From Owenia fusiformis (lineage: Eukaryota), in NCBI GenBank assembly GCA_903813345.2, contig CAIIXF020000001.1, positions 44,330,001-44,394,000 on the forward strand: a stretch of DNA of 64,000 nucleotides, written 5' to 3'. Made by a program: the position numbers and the translations under genes. The notes under the pieces are model-generated. The model did not search any database, was not told where the DNA came from, and saw only the letters and a program-made list of their open reading frames with translations. How positions within the stretch are numbered: position 1 is the stretch's first letter; the number at the start of each line of letters is the position of its first letter. Below, one piece after another: positions 23,801-35,800 of this stretch.

Positions 23801-26800
23801 AAGTGACAGAAATATGATCTCAGAAATGTATCTGGTTCTATTCAGGCTTATACCAGGAATAATGGCCAAATATATAAACAGTTGTGAAAACTTATTATAT
23901 TCCCTTCAACGAATATTTTCAGCATTTTACAAAACAAACTTGTCATTTAGTCTTCCACAACTGTTGATATTTTGACACCATCCATAACATACCACAACAT
24001 CGACTCTAAATAATAAGTGAGGAAAATAAAACCAGATATTTTTTTCTGAATACAGGGCTTACGCAATGCTGAAGCCTTTCCGCATTCCTCCGATAAAAAC
24101 CTCATTTGTGAAAGACATTTCAGTCATATCTCCTGGTGAATCACCCCTTATCTGTGAATCTACAAATAATGCAAGCAACTAATAGACTACACATTCATAT
24201 TAGTAGTAACCATTCCTAGCAATAGATGGCTTTCTGAACAAGTAGAAGCCGTAACTGACACATTCTCAAAGTGCAAATTCAGTGAGGCAGATAAGTATAT
24301 TTGCATCTGGATGTGCAAATTCATCAGAACATTTTGAACCACTCTCTGATCATGTTTTAGTCTGGCAAAATTTCGCTATTTGTCAAGTGTTCAGGCCATA
24401 TATGCCACAGTAGAATTTGCATTTTTAGTTTTAAAACTCAGCCTTAATAGGTCTTATCCATGCAGTATGTGGAGCATGACATGCTTGATATACCATGAGG
24501 GCATGTTTCAAATGTGGGGGATGCGACATTGGTGGTGGTTCTTCTGATTCAATATTTTTGCCTTTAGATTCCTCATCTTTTAGATCATCATATTCCATTT
24601 TTCTTCGTCCCATTATTCATATTTCTATCCCTCATATTCAATATTTCCAACCCACTTATGTTGTCTTTGAAATGTCTGATTTCTTGATAATTATTATGCC
24701 ATGACATAAGTTTTATTTCCTTCCCTACCCTTGTGTTGGTATATTTCTTAGGTGGGTAGGGGCTACACAAGAGTGCAAACAAAATTATTTCCCCCTATTT
24801 TCTCTACTTGATTTGTAAACATGCCCTCATGATGTTTAATAACTAGAGCATCCTTTAATTTGTCATCAGTAAGAATATAAGAAGTATTAGCATTCATAAT
24901 AAGTTGAATGTACATGTGGTTAACACTATACAGGGCCAGGTCAAATACAATGTGCAATTTTACATGAAAGTAAATTGACATTTTTGGCCCAGCCACTATT
25001 CCTATGTGAAAGCTGAATGTTAAGTTAAAATTCACAGGGAGAGTACATGTATGTTGGTTAGTTAACCCTATCTATTCAGCTGACTGAAATTGTCCTTAAT
25101 CTGCAGTAACACAGATAAATAGTGAGTCCTGAATCTTCACTTTTGTAAATAGCAGTGATAGTTCTTAAAAGTACCCAATACACATGTTTCCATGCCAATG
25201 ATAAAAACAATTGAATAATTATGAGTTATACCGTGGTTCTCCCTGTGAATATAACACGTGCTACTTGAGTGGTTGGGGACATCTCTCCGATGAGCCTTCC
25301 CCACTAAGTTTGAGAGTTATCAGTGATAAAAGTGTAAACCAGCCTAAAACTGAAAATGCATGCAACTACAGTACAATGCGAGTATCTCTATCTATGACCA
25401 AACATCCATTTCAGCATGCCACCTAGTGAAAAAATACAACATCAATATCCCCCTGGTGTGGGATTCTCTAACTAGCATGGCCCTCTATTGGTGGACTTAC
25501 GGGAAGTTAAACCCTAGCCTTTGTCCACCGATAAACACTTCATTGGTGAAGGCCATCTCCTTCATATCTCCAGGAGACATTCCACTAACTTTGTCTACAA
25601 TAAGGGAGTATTATGTTTAAAAAACAATTATGTGGATATAAATTCATTAAATAATGGCAAAGCTAGCAATCTGATTGGCCCTTCAGGTCCTTGATACCTC
25701 ACAGATATTTACTAATCATAGATATTTTCATTGAAATTTTTCTTTGGAGATTTCTGAAGTACTGTTCAAGTAATGTTCAAGTATACAATTTAACACACTG
25801 AATTCTTCGAGTGACAGCGCTTAAGGCAATTCCATTTCAACTATAGAAATGCTAATATGAACAAATAAATTAGTAGTATCATAAAAATAATATCAAGCCT
25901 ATTTTAACTAGACAAAATGTACCTGTTTCTCCATCAATAATAAGAAGGCCTGACTGTTCTTTCCTGATAGCCTGGATTTCATGCCATTGTCCATCATTGT
26001 AGCGTTTTGGAGTTTCCAAGAAAGCTCTTCCTTTGCCAAGGTCATATTGGTAGAAAATCTGAAAACAACATAATTCCAAGTTTGAAGGTTTCCCTTGTTT
26101 ATATGTGCAACATTGTATTATTGAATTATTAGTATGTAATACGAATATTAATATTTTCTGAATAGATATATGCTATAGATGCCAATAATGCCAAATAATT
26201 ACCTTCCCATCTTTGAGTTCAATTGACATGAAATCTGTTCCTTTACCCATGAAGAATAGAAGTCCATTTGGTGCGTATGACTTGAATTTCAATTTGATGT
26301 TACTCTTCTTAGCTGGTCTGAATCTTGCTGCATCTATGACAATGTACCCATTGCCATCAAACTTGTACTCACTAACAGTAATCGCATCTGGCTTTTTCCT
26401 GTAAATGAAAATGTTCTTTTATATTCATGACTTCATTCAAGACATCAACCTTTATTTGAAAAAGGGATGAGCTGCCTAGAGGATCAGTTTTCTACTGAAT
26501 GATATGTTCAGGTATGATATTCCAAGAAAGCGAGGATGAGATAATCAGGTATGATTTTTCAGAGAGGGGAGGATGAGATGTTAAGGTATGATTTTCCAGA
26601 AGGGGAGGATGAGATGTTAGGTATCATTCCCCGGAAGGGGAGGAGTTGTCAGCCGCATGACTTGCTTACAGGTAATGCCTGATAAGTATTTATAAGTAGC
26701 TCTTAAAACTTTTGTTAAAGCTCATGAAAGCTAGTTAAGATCTTCCATCTTATCAGCATCATATAAAACCATTTGTTGCAATCAGAAGCTGGTGTGGCCA

Positions 26801-29800
26801 ACTGATGGGAATCAGGGTATAAACTCACCTAGGACTACATCCTTCATCTATATTCGCTGCTGTAACAAAGTCCCACAACCCAATGGGCACATAGTCAACC
26901 GTGACATCCTCAATACAACCAACAAACTTACGGCTGATGATATCATTGATCTGAAATAACAAGATACATTACTGTCAATATTATTTTAATATATTAGAAT
27001 GATGGTTAGTTGTGCAAGGAAAATACCTCATTGAACACATTGTAACATTTTTGCCATTTTCCAAGCTCAGAAGAAGAACCAAAGTCCATTAGTTTTAACA
27101 AAGAGATAGAAAGAGGTCTAATCCTTCAATACATTAATCAACAAAAACAATATATTGACCCAGCCCCACAAGTACATGTACACTTACATTTGAGGTATCT
27201 GGTACACCACCCACAAAGAATTTAGTTGTCTCTTTATCGAGAGAAAGTATAGACATGGTGCCTCTAGATTCTCCAGTTACAGTTACTGCCTCTTCTTCAT
27301 CAAGATCCTCTGGTGTCTGTACTAACAATGTACCCTTTTTGCCACTTCTTTCTGCAATCACATGGTGCCATTTATCTTTCTCAACATCCTTCGGGTGTGT
27401 GATAACCGCAGCTCCTGATCCCAAGTTATACTTGAATACAACCTTTCCATCTATAATCTCAAGAGCGAAGTAATCTACTCCTATGTTTAGGCCACTTCTA
27501 GGTGCATCTGAGCCGAGGTACATCAGGAAGCCATCGCGTTCTGTTGTTCTGAAAAACAACTCGACCCGTGTTCGAGATCCCTTGTCACCCAAGCCATCTG
27601 GGTTACGTACTTGAAGTGTGGAATCGCTCTTGTATCTCACCCCAACCTTGATTCTACTAGCTTCAAACCTAGCCAGTCGGATATTGTTCTTCAAGTCTTC
27701 AAGGTCAACTTTGACAGATTTTCCCAATCTTTCTACCATCTCCTTGGTTACATTTAGATTTTCCATGAGGTTAACTGCTTTTGGTACCATATCCTGAACC
27801 TTTTCCACTGGAAATATCAAGGAAATGTCATTAAAATAAAATACACGCAACAATCAATCGGATTAATTCATTTGTTACATTTGGATGTAATACCCCACAA
27901 CACATCTTGTCTTGATTTAAATTAGTTATTTTTATCCATGTGAATATTTGTGTACTAGGATTTTAGGATTAAGATTTTTTCCTTTCCCATTACACTCAAC
28001 ACTCAATTCTGATTCAAAACAAGTGGATATCTTTAATAAACCATACCTTGTGCCTTTGCTCTGTCAATGGCCTTATTTGCTGCCAGGATATCCTCAGGGA
28101 TCTGTTGCACTTTGATCTTGTCTTCAGGTAGTTCGTCGAGGATGTCTTGGATCTGGTCCTTGGCATTAGTTGCCCTGGTCTGAGCATCCATTGCTTTATC
28201 AGCAGCTTTTTGAGCCTCCTCACCAAAACCATCTACAGTATTATGAATAGATTCCAATTTATTCTTAAGTCAGGGGAATATGATAAACTGGTAAAACAAA
28301 GCCTCATAATACTGGTTATAAAAAATAAGTTAAAATTCTCTATACGTTATTCTGGAAAATATTGATTTCAATAGAATTTTAAGTGCTAATTCATGGTTTT
28401 AACTTTTAATGTATGTATATATTTTACCATAGAATAATATAAATAAAATAATAAAATATATACATACAATCTTTTAATCATACAATGTATGATACACATA
28501 CTCATGGATTTTTATACATATAGAAGATGTACCTTCAGGCAGTGTATCTAATCCATCAAGAAGCATGTTGAGCAAGTCCCTAGCACGTTTAAGTTGATCA
28601 TCTAGATTTGACACAGACTGTTTAGCACTATCCAACTGATTCCTCAAGTCATTCTCCACCTGCATCGAAATGTGTACCATCACATTCACATCACATTCAC
28701 AAAACATATTTTAAGGATGCAGTACCGGGTCGGTTTTCACGTCTGTTTGCGCAGGTTTGACTTCCGGTTTGAGGAAGCTAGCTCCCAAGAACGTCATTTT
28801 CGCATTTAGTCTTATTCAAAAATTATAGTTTATTTCGATAATGGTGTTTCCAGAAAAGAATCAAATTGCAAACATTTTATCAAGCATATTTTATTCCTTT
28901 CACTTTTATGGGAAAACCTGTTATTGAGTCGCAATTAGTGGATACGAAAACCAGGGTTCGAAAGGTGCCAGCTCTATTGAAAACTCAAAAAAGTAAAAAG
29001 ATTCATTTTGGGTGGGTAAAATAATTTTTTTATTTTGTAATTACCAGACGGCCAATCCTCTTCATATTGCACTTGGATGATGCAGCGTTTTATTTAGTGT
29101 TACCAAAAAGTGGGTCCAATGGACCCCACGGTAAAAAAAAATGGAGTCCAAACCAAAAAAAGTGGGTCCGAAAAATTAAAGGCCTGAAACTAATTAAAAA
29201 TGAAAAAATTGGATAAAGCAAATTCAAGTACTCGTTTTTTTCTAAAGTAACACAAATTTAAGGCATTTTTGTCTTTTTTACCATGTAGTCTTATGGAGTG
29301 ATTTTATATTTACTAAACTTACAACTACATAAACATATTTATTGTAACATTTCATAATGTTCATTATCATCATTGTCAATACATGAAGGATGTAATGATA
29401 ATTCAATTTTTCCTCTTTTTATCTAAATCTGTTCAAATGATACACATACATGTACTGTAGGTACATACTAGCTCAGACAATTTTGTAATTTAGACCCTCT
29501 CTGGTGCATTCTGGCATATCTCGGCAAAAAATTTCCAATAATAATATTTATAATACATAATTGATTGTAATTAATTTTTTTTCTTAATTACTTTGTTTTT
29601 CAATGTTGCCCCTTGTTCCTCCTCACTCTGATGTAAATTAATAAACTCAATATTCCTTTCTGACACATTATCAATCTCAATGAAATATAAAGATCAACAT
29701 TCAATAGTTTGATATGTATTTTTGACTTGTAATATTTTATTTGTTTTCAAATGTTGCCCTTTGTGCTTTCTCACTATGATGTAAGATAATGCCAAAAAGA

Positions 29801-32800
29801 TCAATTGTATTAATTAAACAGTTTGTTGTCAAGTTTATGTGTAGGCTAATTGTTAATAATAGTATCCATTGAAAGATGGCAGGACAGTGATAAAGGTTTT
29901 TTGCTACTGACCCATTAATCTCAAAGCAATGATGTTTTGGTTTTAGAGGTCAATCAAAATGGTGGCCGAATTACAGTAAGATAATTATCTCAGTGTTTCT
30001 CTAACACTGCTGATTATCTGCCTATTATACTTAGATTTTGTCTTCACAAGGTAGGCCAATTTATATTCTTTCATTTGTACTACTGTTTTAGTGTTCTAAG
30101 AGGTAAGGTTTTGGGAAATTGCTGTAAAAATAAAGTGCGTCCAAGGGACTCTGGAGTTTTTTATTTTTCCGTCCAACATTATTTTTTGGGGTCCATCTAA
30201 TGTAAGGACGGCGTTAAATAAAACGTAGATGATGATAACATCATAGTGATACATTGTAAAAAATATGAGCAAAATCTAATGTCTGGAACTTTTTCTACGC
30301 TGACCTGGTACTGCATCCTTAAGGTAAGATTTCTATTAATATACCCACAATAAAATCATTATTTCCTTGTGACTGTCGCTGTAACCATGGGGTCATGAGT
30401 TCGAGATGCGTGAGCTCATTGCATTTATTCATTTCTAGCATAAACCTCAAACTTTCTCTGTTTGCAGTGATTTTAACAGTCAACTATGGAGAGTTCAATA
30501 ATTACATTAACTAAAGCTACAATAAACATCAACTACTATGTGTACCTTATCACTCGCTTCATTAGCTTCTCTAAGAAGTCTTTCACTCTTCCTTCTCGAC
30601 TTCCTAGCCCTCTCGCCCAGTCCTTCCGAGTTGGTCAAAGCTTCCATTGCAGCATCAACAGCAGCTTCAGCAGCCTTCAGTGCAGCATTGATGGCATCAA
30701 CAATGTCCTTATAGGCATTAGCTGCTCTCAGAGCATCTTCAGACAGGTTTCGAACACCAGCAAATGTTCTGAAAACAGGATTGATTGTCAATATGGCTAA
30801 CATTTAGCAGTATAGAATGAATGTAGGATATATATGCAAATAATATCCTATTACATGATTATAAGGGATAATATACAATATATACAGTATATGTGGATAT
30901 ATTGATATTTTGTCTTGAAAAATACTGTCTCAATAGTTTTTTACTCATAGCAGACAAAATATGAGATATCTTATCAAATGGGCATGTCCAAAGAGTATAT
31001 GCTCAACAAAATACATGTTATCAAACAAGGCATTAACATGCCAAAATGTCACCACCTAAAACAATTTGGTCAATTTAAAGCAAGTTGGAAAATACCTTTT
31101 GACCTTAAGAAGGTTTGATTTGAACTTCTTAGAACATGTAGATGATTTTGAAAAAAAAATTCGTCAATTTGAAGCAAGTTGAAAAAATACCTCTTGACTT
31201 TTTTTGACATTGAGAAGGTCATTGAAGGTCAAATGTCAAATGTCAAGTCAGATTTGAACTTCTGAGAACATGTAGATGATTTTGAAAAAAAAACTAAGTA
31301 AATTTGAAGCAAGTTGAAAAAAAGACCTTTTTGACCTTTTCAAGGTCATTGAAGGTCAAATGTCAAATCTAAAGTCAGATTTGAACTTCTGAGAACATGA
31401 AGATGATTTTGAAAAAAAATTAGTCAATTTGAAGCAAGTTGAAAAAAGACCTTTTTCACCTTGAGAAGGTCATTGAAGGTCAAAGGTCAAATTTAAAGTC
31501 AGATTTGAACTTCTGAGAACTTGTTAAGTCAAATTTGAACTTCTGAAAAGATGTAGATGATTTTGAAGCAAGTTGAAAACAGACCTTTTGACCATTTTTG
31601 ACCTTGAGAAGGTCATTAAAGGTCAAATGTCAAATCTAAATTCAGATTTGAATTTCTGAGAACATGTAGATGATTTTGAAAAAAAAAATTGGGTCAATTT
31701 GAAGCAAGTTGAAAAAAGACCTTTTTGACCTTGAGAAGGTCACTGAAGGTCAAATGTCAAATCTAAAGTCAAATCTAAAGTCATATTTGAATTTCTGAGA
31801 ACATGTAGATGATTTTGAATAAAAAATTTAGTCAATTTGAAGCAAGATGAAAAAATACCATTTTGACCTTTTTTGACATTGAGAAGGTCATTGAAGGTCA
31901 AATGTCAAATCTAAAGTCAGATTTGAATTTCTGAGAACATGTAGATGATTTTGAAAAAAAAATTTAGTCAATTTGAAGCAAGTTGAAAAAAGACCTTTTT
32001 GACCTTTTTGACTTTGAGAAGGTCATTGAAGGTCAAATGTCAAATCTTAAGTCAAATCTAAAGTCAGATTTGAATTTCTGAGAATACCATAGTACATGGT
32101 ACATAGATGATTTTGAAATTTTTTTTAGTCAATTTGAAGCAAGTTGAAAACAAACCTTTTTGACCTTTTTTGACCTTGAGAAGGTCATTGAAGGTCAAAT
32201 GTCAAATCTAAAGTCAGATTTGAACTTCTGAGAACATGTAGATGATTTAGAAAAAAATTGAAGTCAGTCTAAACAGTATTTGTTAAGTTATAGGAAGTTG
32301 TAAGAAATTGTTACAGACGCCGGACGCCAGACGCCGGACGCCAACCACCAACCGCCGTCGCAAAAAAACGGAGACCATAACAATATGTCACCACTTTTGG
32401 TACCACTTTTGGTGGTGACATAAAAAAAACAGCAGATCACAGGTGCAGAACCAGTGAAAACATTCAGAATCCCAAGTGTTAAGTTATGCAAACATTGACT
32501 TACTTCTCAAGGAGATCAGCATCAGAGGTGAGATTCCTAGCATGGATTGTACCTTTCTCTACACATGGCCGCAAATTTTCGTTCTCCATCTTGCGAGTGT
32601 TGATGAAATCACGAAGTTTAAGCATAGCCCCATCTAACTCAGATGATGCTTGATCTAACTCCTAAACATGGAACATAAACATGGAACATGCACTTTCAGT
32701 AAGTTATGGCGTAATTCATAATTTCTATTTCTTAAATGACCACTATTAATAATAATAACTTATATACGATTCAAATGAATTAATAGCATATTAATAACCA

Positions 32801-35800
32801 ATACATTGCTAACTAAACTGTAGTGTTTTAAAAAATCTCATCAACTTAAATTTTGGACAAAATATACACAGGCATGTAAACTATACTTACATCAAAAGCA
32901 ATGGTTGCATTCCTCAAGAATTCCTTAGCCTGTTCAAGTAAGTCCTTTGCCATGTCCAGTACCATCCTGCAGTCATCCTTCAGAGTATTAGACTTGGCTA
33001 TGTCCTCGATGATCATTCTCATGGTCATGTTATTCTTAAGCATCATATCATCAGCAAGCATAGAATCATCCATTGATTTACGGTTGTTCTTCTGGAGGTC
33101 AAGGAGCTTAGCTTCTATGTCATCAATGTTATCAGTGATTTCCATGGTTCGGTTCATCTGGTCATTGGCCCTTTTGGCAAGATCTTTCACACGATTTAGT
33201 GCTGAAAACATATGGTAAAAGGGATTACAATGTGCAGAAATTCACCGAGGTATTATCACTCGATTCTTAGCAAGCTGAATTCGACAAACTCTTAATTTTT
33301 GAATGATAGAACATATCTTACCATCAATAGCTTCGGTTAGTTCAATTCTGGCCTGATCATCTCTCTCAGTAAAATCTCTATCCTGAATCTCTTTGAGGAT
33401 TTTCTCAGCCTCCTCAACCAGTTTAGCCACATTTGTGTTCCCTATACGTCCCAACAAGTCAGCTAAGACTTCCTTTGCAAACTCGACTGCCTCTGCAAGA
33501 AAACATCGGGTGAATATCTAATATCTATATGAGTAGGATTATAATGCATATTATTATGATTGGATTTCCATATTATGGCATTTTGTATGAATATAATTAA
33601 ATAACGTCCTGATAGACATTTCTCTCCAGTTTCATAATGGTGGCATGTTCCTTTAAACAGTAACCATCAAGTTCACAAATTCAAAAATCAAAGAAGGTTT
33701 CTTACTTCTGGACATTTCCAATGACATTGCAACTGAAGGTCCCATGCTTGTTATCTCTTCAACAAAATTCTGTGTGTCTTCATTCAGTCCTTGAGCTTCA
33801 TCTACTGTATCACCAGCCTAAGGATATAAATCGGTAACATTATAACAATATAAAGTATATTTTAACTGGTCTATGAATTGATCTGTGGATTCAGATCCTT
33901 TAAACACACATACTACTATGACAACATCAAATTGATATCACAAAGAAAAAGTTAGCCTTTCTTGCGAATTCAAAGACAAGATGTATGTGATATCAAAGCA
34001 AATGAGTGCTCATATTGACTGCAACAACTAGATGAAAACTGTTCGTACCCTACGTCCCACACGTTCACTCATTCTCTTGGCCTCTTCAACTTCTTTCTTC
34101 AATGGATCCAGTTCCACAGCTGTCGGTGGTATCAGGTTGTCAACTCTTGGCTACAATACATCAATAATTCATTTCAAATTTCTTTGATCAATAAAACAAT
34201 GTTGGTGGAGGGAGCCACTTAGAGTGTGATCTGATTTATGAATCAATCTTTATGGATTACATTAAATATTTTTCATCGTTTTCCTGGAGGAAGGATCACC
34301 TCTCATAAATTCTGATTACAGGCATGATATAATATCCTATCAACATTAAATATGGTGAACAGTTACAATTTTCTTTTAATTTTTAAGGCTCACATAAGCT
34401 ACTATATACAAGAGCTAAGCATCTAAGGGCATGAACAAAATATATTTAGTGTTGTTAGTACCTCAGTTGAAATACTGATTGGTCAACGAGCGGTGAATAA
34501 TTTTAACTGTACACCGCGCAATGCATTGCCGGTGAATAATATTCCCAGCATTCCACTAAAATGACGTCATAATCAGACGATAAAATGGCCGCCGCTAGCA
34601 CTAGCCGTTTCAAAAATGTTGAAGATGAGGATATTATTAGTCTCTTAGAGAGTAAAGACAGTCAAAATACGAAGAAAAATCTAAAACGTTGTACAAAGCT
34701 TTTAGTGGACTTCGCCCAGGAGAGTAATTAGACTCCATTGAGTGAACTTACTGCCGATATACTGAAATACAACATGAACGTCTTGAGGGTCTGGATCCAA
34801 CTTCAAGTCAACTTCAAGGGTCAGAAAAATCTAAGATATTCTTCGGACTAACAAAACAATTATAGACCTCTCCATTCGGTTTACTGTCAAAATTATATCC
34901 CTCGACTGTAAACCTCGACCTACGGTCTCGGTTTACAGTCTCGGGATATAATTTTGACAGTAAACCTCTGGAGAGGTCAATAATTGTATACTGTATAACA
35001 TGTATTAAATCCGGGTGCTTTATTTTCCGAATTTAATCAAAATTGCTATTGCCGAATAAAAGTTTGCTGACCTGACACCCCTAAATGTAAAGCCAAATAA
35101 AACATTGCTAAGCTGACACCCCTAATATAATTTTGATTTACAACTGAATTTTAATCACCTTCATTTGACTGACTCAGAAAACCTGACATTATGAGTGACA
35201 ATTTGAGTGATTTATTCACATAATACCCGTATTCGATAGACTCAGGACAATTAATACCAGGATTAAAAAACTTTTAATATCGGGATTAAAAACTTTTAAT
35301 ACTGGGATTCCCAAAGCACTTGGATACGATTATATCTTCTGACATTTTAACTTTTTAACATGACAATCCTTTTAATATTTTGTAGAATTTACTGCATGCA
35401 TTTTAACTGCAACATTTTTATTATTAACTTTTTGTAATTGTAATGCTGGGGAATAAACCTTCGATTTTATCGTATTTTATTTATGATTTTTGTTAAAGTA
35501 AAGTAAGTTGATACTCATTAGAAAATTACCCTATTACAGTAAGTTGACACATGTTAGACACCATATTATCGCCCACTAGGGCGATCTTCAATTACTTAAT
35601 TATATTTCCGGTATTTTATGTTGCCGTTTCTGTTTTACATTCGGCAATCGGCAACTTTATATCCATGGCAATATTTCATGTTATACAGTATTTGAAACTG
35701 TCTCTGCCAAATGAAATTAAAACCCAAGGCCTTACCCTCAATTCGGTTACAGTCCTGTTAATGGCATTAAGACGTTTGTAAGCAGCCACTCCAACTGCAA

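Noticed and set aside
24431..24613. Acidic/Pro [20 protein letters not shown]... between LG2 exons A and B
   Set aside because: No recognisable homology or compatible splice sites; consistent with purine-rich low-complexity intron.
25262..25343. Possible fourth LG2 alternative exon after a ttttag acceptor
   Set aside because: All three frames reach a stop, there is no FIGG motif and no convincing donor.
31060..32260. Regularly spaced repeats suggestive of a CRISPR array
   Set aside because: Head-to-tail satellite without unique spacers, in a eukaryotic intron, with no cas genes.
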